Origin: Octopus vulgaris
Lineage: Eukaryota
DNA: 64,000 nt
Direction of reading: 5' to 3'
Assembly (NCBI GenBank): GCA_951406725.2
Contig: OX597815.1
Location: 68,200,001-68,264,000, forward strand
The notes under the pieces were generated by a model that made no database searches, was not told where the DNA came from, and worked only from the letters and a program-made list of their open reading frames with translations. Below are positions 50,672 to 63,398 of the stretch, in pieces (the first letter of the stretch is position 1; every line of letters begins with the position of its first letter). The translations under genes were made by a program, and so were the position numbers.

Positions 50672-51298
50672 TTGGCTGGTAGAATCACTAACATGTCAGA
50701 TAAAATGCTTGTGGCATTTCTTCCATTTCTTTATGTTCTGAGTTCAAATTCCATCAAGGTCGACTTTGCATTTTCATCCTTCCAGGGTCGATAAAATAAA
50801 GTACCAGCCTAGTACTGGGAACTAATGTAACTGTCTTACCCCTTCCCTCAAAATTCCTGGCCTTGTACCTATATTAGAAATGATTATCATTATTAAAGTA
50901 GCAGCTGGCAGAATCATTAGTACGTCAGACAGAATGCTTAGTGACATTTCATCCATCTTTACTCTCTAAATTCAAATTTGGCTTTTGCCTTTCATTCTTT
51001 CATGGTCGATAAATTAAGTACCAGTTAAGCACTAGGGTCAAATTAATCAACTAGCCCCTTCTGCCAAAATTTCAAGCCTTGTGCCTATACTATAAAGTAT
51101 TAAGCTGACAGAATCATTGGAGCATTGGAAAAATTACTTTGTAGTATTTGTCCCAGCATTTTACATTTTGAGGTCAATTTTGCCTTTCATCCTATTGTAT
51201 GTGCTGGGGTTAATGGTATCAACTAATCCCTTCCCTTCAAATTGTTGGCCATGTACAAGAGTGGTTAATAAAGAAATCATTATTATTATTATTATTAT
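50672..51298 (+). mobile_element. Head-to-tail array of three tRNA-derived SINEs
   Basis: Three GCTG(G/A)(C/T)AGAATCA..TTTCAT(C/T)CT units bounded by (TTA)-rich tails; same family as 18155-18775. Confidence 0.75.
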
Positions 51299-51443
51299 AA
51301 GAAATTTTTTCTCTCCCCTCCCTCCATACTGTATTGGATTTTTATTGACTATTTAAACTTGAATTTTTGATTTCAGGAAAACTGGAAATCTAAATATTGA
51401 AGATTGAACTCATTGATTGATTATATTGATTGCATTGTCAAAC

Positions 51444-51457
51444 ATGAATGCACTGCA
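51444..51457 (+). CDS. Possible short first coding exon of the CIT-like gene (exon 51377-51457)
   Basis: Acceptor ttgatttcag| at 51376; aaacATG AAT GCA CTG CA|gttagt. The phase-2 end joins in frame to the exon at 57309, giving MNALH-EIKMDNES. Speculative. Confidence 0.3.
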
Positions 51458-54029
51458 GTTAGTATATGCATGTATTCATTGACTGTGTATTTAGATACAC
51501 ACAAGAGCTTTGAAATTGTCTATACATTGTGAATTTTCTTATTCCAATGGGAAAAATCTTTCAAAAATAAAACTTTACCATCAACCGATCGTAAAATAAC
51601 CTTTAATGTTTACTTTGAACTGACATAAAATTTAGATAACAATAAAAGTATAAGAGTATTTTTTTTTTTTTTAGTTCCTATGGGCTTTTAAAATATTATT
51701 CAATGTCATTCTCTAATTTTGTTCAACCTCTATTTCCTCTATAACACTTAAATCACTTATCTTTCTGTTGCTATAGTTGTCTAAGTCTTTGAGAGCTTGT
51801 TGTTGCTAATCCTTATATCTTGACTCAGATTTTCTTCATGTTCTATATTTACTTTTACTCCTTCAACACCTTAGCTGGTTAATTATGTATCTAATTATTT
51901 ATTATTTGTTTGTGCATTTTTTTCGTTTGCTATACTTCAAAAAAAAAAAAAAAAAGGAAAAGGAAAAAATTCAAAATTGTTTTGGTATTTTTTTTAACTC
52001 TTTCCTTTTTATCCTTGATTATATTTCTTATCATTCTCTTGCTTTCCCCATTCTCCATTTATTTTATTTTTAGGTGCATTCTTGGGTAACAATTTCTATT
52101 TTCGAGGTGGCTTGTAAAAGTGAGAGATAGGGAGAAGGGAAGAAGAGAGGGTCAAAACTCACTCAGTCTTTCATGAGAATGCATTGTTTACCTTTCTTTT
52201 TTCATCTTCTTTGCTGGTGTCAAGTTTACATAGGATTCTTTTGTTCTTTCATTATTTCTGTTATTTTTAATCACTAATTATGTTTAATATTTAAACTCTC
52301 ACAAATGTGTCATCTCAGGATGGAAAAGTTTTAAAGAATTCAGAATCATAATTTGCACTGAAGACAAATGTTATGGAAGATCTCTTTTAGGTTTACTTAT
52401 TATGGGATGAACACAGGTAAAAATAATTAAAAAAAAAAAATGTAAGATAGCAGTTGTCTTAATAATGCAGAAGGTTTTATGAGGAGGTAGCTGCAAGCAG
52501 TGCCACATACATCTAAGAAAAGCTTTAGGTTAACATGCTTGTAAAGACAAATGCTTTCTAGTAGTTGTATAATGTTTAGTCTGTAAGCAAATGCAGGAGA
52601 GGAGGGCAAGAAATGAAAGATTCTTAATTTTTTTGTGTTATTTTCATAATTTTTTAATTAATTTTGTTTTCAAAAAATTACATCAAATGTCTGATTACTT
52701 TTGGTCTTTTTAAGTAAGAAATCTAGAGAAGACTATCCATTTTTAATATGTGAGTCATGCAAGCTCATTGTATGTGTGTGAACTTTTTAAACACATTATG
52801 GCTGTGTGGTTAACAAATTTGCTTCTCAACCACATGTTTTTTTTTTTTTTTTAGTTAAGTTCCAGTGGCAAGTGTCTTTCACTATAATCCCTGGCTGAGT
52901 AAGCCTCGTGAATAGATTTGGTTGATGGAAATTGAAAGAAACATGTGTGTGTGTGCTCACATCACATGATAGTTATGAGTGTCACTGTCATACAGTATTA
53001 TTCATTTCCAATATTCTACAAAAATGTCTGGCCAAAGGGGGAAATATTATCTTGCTGAGAAACTGGTGAGAGTTGGTGACAAGAGCAAGTATGGAAAAGC
53101 AAATGTTAACTTGATGATGATGAGTGTATTTTCTATATGACATGGATTGGTTGAATGAATTTCCCTGTCCTTTTTCTGTTCTTTCATTAAATCCAGCTCT
53201 GTTGTCACTACTACAATTCAAATAACTATTTTTATTATTAACTTGTCAAGAAACTAATTTCATGATAAATATTAAACATTAATTTCAAAATTACATAATT
53301 TTCTGTAGTTTTAGTTTTGTGTATGGTTTGTTTCATACCACTGATGTGTTAATTTAATTGCAGTTGTGCTGTTAGAATATTTAGTTTGTATTTTTTCTCA
53401 CACTTGTATTGATGTTTTTCCTTAAGCAACTAATAAATATTTCAGCTGATGAGATTTATCATCCTGAGTTGTATGAATATGAAGTCAAGCTTGTATGTAA
53501 ATGTTGATTTTTAAACACATCAGAGCTTACCTATAAAAGATGGTCATTGTCATCATCACTGTCTTTTAATGTCTATGTTTCATTGGTTGGACAGTTTGAC
53601 GGTATCCAACTAGTCTGAGGACTACATCATGATTCAATGTCTGCTTCAGTGTGGTTTCAACAGTTAGATAGCCATCCTAGTGCCAACCTGTTTACAGAAT
53701 GTACATGGTGCTTTTTTTTTTCATGGTACTAGCACAAGTGAGGTTGTCATACACTTGCAAAACTTAAATCTTCAACTGAGTGAAGCTACAGTTGAGAGGC
53801 AGGAGGCTTTATGCTAGACCTGGATGTTAAAGTATGAGAGCAGGAGCCAGAATAATGAGGTGTGAACATGGAACACGAAGGTATGAATTGTAGAAGTGAG
53901 TGAGGATAGAACAAGTGGTGTGGGTTATATACAAACTGAAAATATTAGCTTAGCTCCACATGCATAAATCAAGTTCTGTAGAGTATGTTTTTTTTTTGGG
54001 GGGGGGGGTTATAACCAAATATACTTGTC

Positions 54030-54473
54030 TTTTGATACAAGTGTTTTTAAGAATACAGTGAGTTATCCAATATCATTTCCATTGATGGAAACATTCCTGG
54101 AGCTCTTTTTGTGGGGATAGCTAGCAGCTGCCTCATTGCATTATCTTGGATTTCCTCAATGTCTAGAAATCTTGTTCCGTTCAAGCGTTGGTTTTGGGAT
54201 CATAGCCATAGACATACAATTCACCACCTGTTTTTGTCTTTGACACATTGAAGATGATCCTGCGCAGCTGAAACCTGACCTTCATTTTGAGACAACTACA
54301 CTCTACACACTTTACTTCCAAGCACTGCTATAAACAATGGAAGTGAGCAAGAACAGTATAACTTAATGTGCATGTGTTACAGAGTTCAAAGTCAATGTGC
54401 CAAGGGGTTTCACTCTGCATACTTTAGCTCTGTTGCTATAGCAACAGTCCTGATACTTTTTGATCAGGCTTCA
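54030..54473 (-). mobile_element. Mariner (irritans-like) internally deleted remnant
   Basis: TIR-like TA-TGAAGCCTGATCAAAAAGTATCAGGACT. Remnants read TGGELYVYGYDPKT and LNGTRFLDIEEIQDNAMRQLLAIP..ECFHQWK. Confidence 0.7.
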
Positions 54474-55527
54474 TATATATGTTTTAGTTTAATTGTATTT
54501 TTAAGTCATTAGTATAATTTTAATGGAGTGGTTGTTTTAGAATTGTGTCAACATTGATGTATTTTGTTGAGTAAAGCTGACTTGTAGTACCAACCTTTAA
54601 TTTTAGTTCATATTCTATTATCTGTGAATAAGTTGTATATAAATTAGTTACATAAAAGAACAAGCATGTCAATGAAAATTGTTGCAAACCTGACTTGAAA
54701 TTGATAAATTAGGGAGTTTTCAAAACTGAAGCATGTGTGGGCTGTCAGCATTTAATTGGCTTGGAGAGAAGACAGTTGACAGGTTGTGAAATCTGAAAGA
54801 AGCAGCTCATTAGAGATACCCTAATGATTGGAAAATAGGTTATGAAATGGGACAAGAAGTGGCTACTACTGGCAGCTCATATATATATATAGCTTTACAT
54901 TTTAAGTCTCACAACTCTTGGTAGTAACTGAAAGAAATCTTCCATAAAGTGATTTGAAAATATGCAGTTGCTAACAAGAACTATCGTTAAGAATTATTGA
55001 TCATTTCCTGAAAATAAATACTCAAAAATCAAAAATGAAGTATTTCTTGTATTTTACTAAAAGAAAAAAATATTTTTTAAAGACTGTAATTGAAATAATT
55101 TTGTGGCTTTCAATTTTAGGTTATATATCCAAAATTTGTTTAATGATTTAGAATATTTTTCTACTATTTCAACTATCCTTTAAAAACAAGACCTGAAAAA
55201 AAAAAAAAAAATGTTGTGGGGGAGTGCCTGACTTGTTTTCAACTTTGTTAATAGCTAATGAAGTAGCTTCGTTATTTCACGTTATTAAAAAGTAAATAAT
55301 AGAAATATTAAAATTACTAAGTCTCTCTAAAAGAGAACAACGGCAGCGTTCCCGGAAAATATTAGTTATCGCCATACTAATATGGCATTCTTATAAAAAT
55401 AAGAACAAAGCTGACCGCTTATTAGCTCCATGAGGCCATCGCCTTAAGTTAGCTATTTGATACACAAACTGTATCCATATAACCTTTGAACAAGGGAGGT
55501 CAGTCGCTCCACACTACTTGGCCGGCA

Positions 55528-55569
55528 GCTACAGACGCGTTTCGGGGTATTGCCCCTTTTCAATGCAGC
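55528..55569 (-). ncRNA. Type I hammerhead ribozyme, U3-A8 core variant
   Basis: Exact reverse complement of the motif at 55915-55956. Confidence 0.8.
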
Positions 55570-55914
55570 GTAGCCAAACCAGTAGGTGTCACTTCTGACA
55601 ATCTCTGTTCAAAGGTTTTATTTACCTAGCTTCGGTGGAATACATCCACTTGTTTTCAATAATAGAAATATTAAAATTACTAAGTCTCTCTAAAAGAGAA
55701 CAACGGCAGCGTTCCCGGAAAATATTAGTTATCACCATACTAATATGGCATTCTTATAAAAATAAGAATAAAGCTGACCGCTTATTAGCTCCATGAGGCC
55801 ATCGCCTTAAGTTAGCTATTTGATACACAAACTGTATCCATATAACCTTTGAAGCTAGGTAAATAAAGCCTTTGAACAGAGATTGTCAGAAGTGACACCT
55901 ACTGGTTTGGCTAC

Positions 55915-55956
55915 GCTGCATTGAAAAGGGGCAATACCCCGAAACGCGTCTGTAGC
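55915..55956 (+). ncRNA. Type I hammerhead ribozyme, U3-A8 core variant
   Basis: GCUGCA-UUGAAAA-GGGG-caaua-CCCC-GAAA-CGCG-UC-UGUAGC. Stem I has 6 bp (one G-U), stem II has 4 GC pairs and stem III is the palindrome ACGCGU. Predicted cleavage is after C55950. Confidence 0.8.
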
Positions 55957-57318
55957 TGCCGGCCAAGTAGTGTGGAGCGACTGACCTCCCTTGTTCAAAG
56001 GTTATATGGATACAGTTTGTGTATCAAATAGCTAACTTAAGGCGATGGCATCATGGAGCTAATAAGCGGTCAGCTTTATTCTTATTTTTATAAGAATGCC
56101 ATATTAGTATGGCGATAACTAAAAAAGTAAATAAATAAATAAAAATACCAACAGCAGCATTCACAACTTTTTAAAATTACTACCAGTTGAAAGTCAATGA
56201 AGGGACTATATGCTCCCTACCCAACCAATCATCCCCCACCCCTGTCCATTGTATCATTGTTATATTCTGCTGTTCTTCATCCCCATGCATCATTGAATAC
56301 CTACTCTTTATTCACCATTAGATAATACATCCGCCCTTCAACACTTGTCCTTTATTGTATTCACACATACCTCACCCAGTCCCCATCTCTCACTATCCCA
56401 TACACTCTTTCAATCTCTACCTCCCCACACTTCTAGTTCTTCTGTTCCAACTCACAGCTACTCACCACATACCTTGAGGGTCCATACAGACACCTCATTG
56501 CTACTATTAACTCTTCCCCACTCCACTCATTCCCATCCTCTCTTCTAAAATGTGAGTGGTCACATAATTTACTTCTCCACAGCAAGGAACCTGTTCCGTT
56601 CCGTTCTGTCCCCATCCCGCAACCATTCATCTACTAGCATAAAGCCACCTCTCCCAGGGCTTGTAGTTTTGCAATATAGATAGTGATCTCACTAGTGCTG
56701 GTGGTGTGAAAAAATGCACCCAGCACTCACTGTAAAGTGGTTGGCATCAGGAAGGGCATTCAACTAGAGAAACCATGCCAAAATTGGCAGTTGAGGACAA
56801 TGTAGCCCTTTGACCCATTTGATTCTGTCAAACCTACCTGTTGCCAGCATGGAACATGGATGTTAAATGATTAAATGATGATGATTTCTCATACCTACCC
56901 ACATGCCCAGCTTTTACTTTCATTTGCCAATATTTTCCTCAGATGTTCAATGATTTTTCACTTGTAGCTGCAAATGTTTGCACTATTCCTTCACTGAAAT
57001 AATTTCTAAATAACATTCATTTACAACAAATTAACATCCCAATACTTCAGGGGCAAATTTGATCTTGAGATAAATGGATAAGCTTTCAATACAATGCAAA
57101 CTCAACTAAAAGCATTTGCTGTTCAATTATATGCCTTTGTATAATAACTTCTGTTTACTCATCTGAAGAAGGGGGAAAAAAATCTGTTCATCAATTAGGA
57201 AATTTTTTTTATATATTAAAGTCATCTTATAAAGACTTTGCATTACTTTTCTTTATATATTTTATTATTGTTATTCATTTGTTATTACTATTATTTTTTT
57301 TCTTTTAGCGAAATCAAA

Positions 57319-57520
57319 ATGGATAATGAAAGTATGGATTCGATTACGAGTCGAATCCAAAAACTGGAGAAGCTGATGCAAGGAGAAATCCAAGAGGCTG
57401 GCATATTGGATACATTAGTGAACCATCAGGGACTCTTGGATTGTTTATATGTTTTATTTAATGAATGCCAGACACAAAACTTATTGAAAAACAAATATGT
57501 TTATGAGTTTGTGAAGAAAT
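57319..57520 (+). CDS. CIT: N-terminal coding exon of a citron Rho-interacting kinase-like protein (exon 57309-57520)
   Basis: Polypyrimidine acceptor ttttcttttag| at 57308 and donor |gtaagt at 57521 (phase 1). DSITSRIQKLEKLMQG..VNHQGLLDCLYVLFNECQTQNLLKNKYVYEFVKK aligns by eye with the recalled CIT sequence [51 protein letters not shown]. MRCK or ROCK are less likely alternatives. Confidence 0.75.
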
Positions 57521-57609
57521 GTAAGTATTGTTCAATCTTTGTTCATGTTTATTCAATTCTGTTTGATAGAAAATACACTGAGATTTAATATGATCAACTG
57601 GATGTGTGT

Positions 57610-57656
<47 letters not shown>

Positions 57657-58264
57657 CAATAAAGGGGAGGAAATGGTTTACTTTTGGTGAAACACTAAAT
57701 AGTTATCCTTCCTTTCCCCCCTCCCCAATCAAAAGTTTTTCAATTTACTAGCTGTTTACATTCTTTCAATTCTCATTCTTCCTACCGAATTAATCATTTG
57801 GTTTAGAATAACATCTCTTAGCTTTTCCATTCCAGCATGTTAGGACAGTAAATATTTCAACTCTAAAATTAAGCTGAATTAACATGATTCACAAACTGTT
57901 TTGGTTACTTTGCTAAAGGAAAGGTAAATTCCTAATCGTCTTTTATTACCCAATTGTATTAGACCAACATGAGTTGGTCTGTTCTTGTGGAACAGTTTGT
58001 TTGCATTATCATTATTGTCATTGTTTTAACATCTACTTTTCCATGCTCACATGGCTCAGACAGAATTTGTTGAGACAGATTTTCTGTAGCCTGATGCCTT
58101 TCTTGTCACCAGCCTGTGAATATTGTCACCAACATGTTAATATTCACCAACCCTGACCTGTTAATATTCTCTCATGGCATTCATGCAAGGTAGGAAACAA
58201 AAGGACACTACTTGTATGATGGTGACACTCGCCTACAACTATCATGCAATGTCAAGGCAAGTAG

Positions 58265-59700
58265 ACAATGATACGCATGTGGCTGGGGATTTCAATGGGC
58301 ATGTTGGACTGTAGACTGGTATCTTCCATGGTGTCCATAGAATTGGTCCCTGAAATGAAGAGGAAATGAGGCTACTGGAGTTCTGTGATACAAACAACTT
58401 ATTGATCTGCAACACCAACTTCAGGAAGCCAGCCAGCCATTTGATAACCTACCATTCAGGTGATTGTGCTAGCCGGATTGATTACATTCTCACCAGCCAA
58501 TGGGATGCATGGTTACTCTTAAATACAAAGACCCTCCTTAGTGAAGAATGTACTCCCTAACATAAACTAGTTATTAGTAATTTTAGACTCCTGGCCAGAA
58601 GGATGCCAAGAAGCAAACCAATCTGGAAAAGAAAGATTTGGAAGTTTAAAGACCTTTCATATGGTCAGAGATTTAGGAACATCCTAATTGAGAAATCTGA
58701 TGAGAGGGAGGAGACCGATGCAGTAAACAGGGCCATTAGAGAAAAGAAGCAGGCTTGGAAGAGTGGGGGAGAAGCAGAGAACTGTATCAGATAGCCAGAA
58801 GGGAAGCTAGGAGACAGGTGTATATCTAGCCAAGGGAGATGCAGAAAAGAAGTTCGCCTATGTTTAGCAATGAAAGGACCAAAAAACTGAAGTGTTTTGG
58901 ATTGCAAGACAGTGTGTGAGAGAAAATCGTGATGTCATAGGAGAGAAATGTGTCCTCATGGATGATGGTGCACTTGCATTAAATAATTCTGCAAAGTGGC
59001 TTGGAAATGCCATTATGAAAGACTGTTGAACGTGGGAAATGAATGGGAGGAGCAGAGTCTGCTGAATGTTGACCCAATTGAGGGACCAGCTGCCTGAATC
59101 GACAGTTCCTTGGTAGATAAAGCAATTAGGGATATGAAGGAAAAGTCCCCCCCCCCCCGGCCCATCAGGAATCATTGCTAAGATGCTTAAAATATCTGGC
59201 AGTGTGGGTTATGGTCTAGTCACCCGTATTGTAAGTCAGGTGGTTCACAAAGGAGTCATAACCAATGACTGGTGTAGCAGCACCATAGTCAACTGCTACA
59301 AAGGTAAAGGTGATGCCTTAGATAGAAATAATTACTGAGATATCAAATTGTTGGATCAGATGATGAAAGTTATGGAGAGAGTCATAGCCCAACTAATTAG
59401 GGAGAGAGTTAGCTTAGATGAGATGTAGTTTGATTTTGTGCCAGGGAGAAGCACCATTGATGCTGGTAAGGCAGTTGCTGGAGAAATACATAGCCAAAGA
59501 TAAACCTCTGTACTTGCCCTTTGTTGACTTGGAGAAAGCCTTTGACAGGGTCCCCCAATCCATTATCTGGTGGTCAATGCTGAAACTAGGGATAGATGAG
59601 TGGTTGGTGAGAGCTGTACAATCTATGTACAATAATGCTACTATTAAGGTGAGGGTTGGTAATGAGTACAGCAAAAGAATTCAGGGTACAAGTAGAAACT
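58265..59700 (+). mobile_element. RTE LINE internal fragment (AP endonuclease and RT)
   Basis: VAGDFNGHVG, LLEFCDTNNLLICNTNFRK..SRIDYIL, PGPSGI, CYKGKGDAL and YLPFVDLEKAFDRVP, with many stops and frameshifts. Confidence 0.9.
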
Positions 59701-62700
59701 CCATATTAAGGCTTTGTGTCAGTCAAAGCCTTGAGGGTGGATTTGATAGATGGAGACTGAAAAAAAAACTTATCATATATTATCATTTATTATCAGTATT
59801 CCATGCCAACATGGATTGGCTGGTTTGATAGGTCTGAAAACTGCATTGTCCTCCATTGTTTGATTTGGCATGGTTTCTGTGGTTGGATCCTTCCTCCTGC
59901 CAGCCACTTTACAGAATGTGATAGATGCTTTTTTTCTTAGCATCATTACAAGTGAGGTCACTATGCAGCCTTCAACTGAGTGGGCTACATCAGGGAAGGC
60001 AATGACTTTATACTATAGGATGAAGTAAGAGAGAAGGGCCAGACCAGAACAGGTTTCTTGCTGTAGGGGAGCTACACGGCTACTTTCATTATATAATAGA
60101 GGTTGAGAGTGTAACTGGGTAGACGGTGGTGATGAGGTGTTGGGATGAACCCTCAAGACACAAGTTATGTAAAAGGGAAGTGAGAAAAAGAAGTGTGGCT
60201 AGGGTAAAGTTTGTAGAGTGTATAGGAGAAGAAAAGATGGTTACAGATAGGGAGTAGATGAGAGGGTGAATATTGTGAAGTTTTTTGGGGGTGGGGGTTT
60301 CATGTTTTACTTTCTGAAGAACAAGAATGAAAACCTGTTGCTCAAATAGAGTACATGGATAGGAACAGTGGGCTGACTCACTAATTTAGTAAAAATTATT
60401 CACATAGTTTCAACTTTTTACCATATATTAATTGAAATACTGCATTTTCTTGCTTGGGGCATCATAAATTAAATGTTAATGACTGAGTTTGTGTCAAGAG
60501 GGCAGTAAGCTTTGTCTATCTAGTGTTGGGTGTTTTGTTTCTTCCTTTTGAGTTTGAGGCAATGTTATCATCATCTATTAACCATACTGGTATGGGTTAG
60601 GTGATTCATCACTGTTTGAGTATGATTCAGAGTTACTGCCTTCCTAGGTGGTTTGGAGGGCTGCCTATGTCTTGCTTACAAATCTGTTTCTTTAGGTGGT
60701 GTTGGTCTAATGCTATTCTATGTTATATGAGTAAATATCAGCAGATGATGGAATGGAGAGGTACATCATAAATAGATGAGAGGTTGTTAAGGAGAATTGA
60801 AGAAGCCATTGGGAGAGGACAATGATGTAATTCTTATTTACTGGAATACATATAAATAATATCTGGAAAGATACAGCTGTAAGTTTTAACCAAGAAAAAT
60901 CAAGCCTCAACTCCACAACTCAAACAAGAAAATGTATACTGATTAATATTGTTTAAACCACCACTGACTACAAGTATGATTTGTGAACAGCCAGATCCAC
61001 CTCAGACTTACTGTCTTATATATAAGTTGTTGCTTTCCTTTAAGAACTTAAGCCAATGCAATGTTATTGTTTTCAATTGTATCTGTCATGAGAATTTAAC
61101 TAAAGTTACCTTTCATTGGAATTTACTCTTACATTGCTTTATCATATTTTGCAATAATGAAGCTGTCTCCAGTTTATAGTCTGTCAAGTCAGGCATACTT
61201 CATAACACTCAACACTTACTATCTGTGTTCCATGCTGGCATGGGTTGAATGGTTTGATAGGATCTGATGGGTCCAAGGAGTATACAATGCTCTACTGTCT
61301 ACTTCAGCTTTAAAGGCTAGAAACCCTTCTAAATGTCAACCAGTTTACAGTGTTTACTTGCTTTTTTCATGCCACCCACGCTTGCAAGGTTGCCATATAG
61401 CATACAGGACCATGAACCCTGAGAAAGGCAGCTTTATACTGGGAGATGAAGGGATTAAACTTCATGGTTGGGTTATGTCTTTCATACTTTCTCTTCTGGA
61501 CATGAATAACTTAATCACTACCACTTGTAAGCATGTTTGTGTGTGTGTGCGCGCGCGCACACACACACACCTATAATGAAACACAGATCCTATGTGTGTC
61601 TCTTATCGATTTGCAGTCGAGATACCTCACACCAAATTTGCATTACCTCCATGTACTTTGACAACATTGAGTACTGAATGGGAGAAATAGCTAGTTTTCT
61701 TCAGCAACACTCAGACATAAACAACCTTAGGCTCCATCCTTCTTATTCATGAACAACACAGCTAAAGTGCTCAAACTCACTGCAAATACTATGTCCTGTA
61801 ACTTCCAATCTTTCATGGGTAAAACATGTTTAAAACATTGCTTCTACTTCATCTCTAATCAGTTGTTGACACTATAAAACTCAAGTGAAGTACTTATTCG
61901 CACACTTGGGACAATTCAATCTCTCTCTCATATGCAAGCATGGCTGTGTGGTTCGGAAGTTTGCTTCCCAACTGTATGTTTTTCAGTTCAGTTCCACTGT
62001 GCAACACATTGGCAAGTGTTTTCTAATATTTATGCACATACTGACAATCATAAAGATAATACATACCTATTTACAGATCTCAGCATTTGTGTTGTAAACT
62101 TTCAACTAAACATTGTATATACTAAGATATTTATAAAAAAAACATAAATTCAGAAAGAAATAGAGAGAGAGAGACAGAGAGATAGTGAGATAGCTAAAGC
62201 AGTGATGACTGCATAAACTTTGCTGTGTTTCATATTGTTCCTTCTCCCTTTCCATCTCTGTATCACTTTCATTCTTTCAATGTTCTGTTTCTTCTCTTAC
62301 TTGTTTATTTCAATTCTCACTCTTACTCAGTCTTTCACTTCTCTCTCTCATTACAGCCCTAAGCTAGCTTTACCACTCTCTATTTTCACTCCTACTCCCT
62401 GACATTTCAGTATAAACATCACCAACCCTACCACCACCATCATTTACCATTATCATATCTTATTTTTATATTCTCTTACTTTTACTCTCTATATATTTTA
62501 GTACTTCTCTCTTTATAAATCTTTCTTCATTCACCATTATCAACACCACCATGCCTGCCCTCTGCTACCGTAACTACCATCTGTTTACTTTTTGCTCTGT
62601 TTTAGTTACTTCCCTTATCATGATGTACAAGGTAGATAGGAACATACTATTGTATGGATATCTAGATTGTTGATATTTACAATCATAAATTCCTCATAAA

Positions 62701-63357
62701 TTTATATTCTTGTTGATCCTTCAAAACAAGATGCATTATCTTACTATATTTAGGCATTAGTAGAATTATGAGTTTATGTGACTGGCAAACTATGATGTGG
62801 TCAAGACATTGTGGACACTACTTGTGGTTTTGTGTTCAATTCCCACTGCATGACACCTTGAATAAGTGTCATCTACAATGCTTTCAGGTTGACTAATACC
62901 TTGTTAGTGAAATTTTATTGATGCAAACCCATTGTGTATGTGTTTGTCTCTGTGTATCTTTTTGATATCACTTGGGTAGCAGTGATATATGTTTATGTCC
63001 TGCATAATCATTATGTTCCACACTTTATTTTGAAAAGAAGCAAGATTTGGTGACAGGAGGGGCACCAGGATATAGAATATTTGTTCAGTCAATTCTGGCA
63101 TGAAAAATGTGGATGTAAAAATATTATTTTAAGGTCCATTTTTCCATGTTTTCATAGGCCAGACAGAATTTGTTAAGGCTGATTTTCTTTGACTAGATGT
63201 CCTTCCTGTCACTGATCGTCACCTGTTTCTAAGCAAGACATTTCCCCATTGCCAGAAATGTTTTTCACAGAAGATTGGAAATGAACGACATTGTGTGTAT
63301 GATGGTGACACTTGTTTACAACCATCATGTGTTGTTGAGACAAGACTATGCATGCAT

Positions 63358-63398
<41 letters not shown>

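Larger units (their letters stand above)
55300..56121 (-). mobile_element. Young non-autonomous hammerhead retroelement (retrozyme / Penelope-like pLTR): ~1.5 tandem 363-nt monomers plus a 272-bp inversion
   Basis: The direct repeat starts at 55295 and again at 55658 (period 363). 55851-56122 is the reverse complement of 55362-55633. AAAAAGTAAATAA flanks both sides (55287-55299 and 56122-56134). Two hammerheads; no ORF. Confidence 0.85.

Noticed and set aside
52074-52416. Strong acceptor at 52073 and donor at 52417 as an additional kinase exon
   Set aside because: No open frame compatible with the 57309 exon. It could be a UTR exon but cannot be supported without transcripts.
54245-54285. 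UUGAAGA...GAAAC hammerhead look-alike
   Set aside because: No consistent stems; the sequence is explained as the antisense of a mariner transposase remnant.
57238-57588. Full 116-aa ORF as a single-exon gene
   Set aside because: The N-terminal part is the polypyrimidine tract and the C-terminal part lies past a canonical GTAAGT donor. Only 57309-57520 is exon-like.
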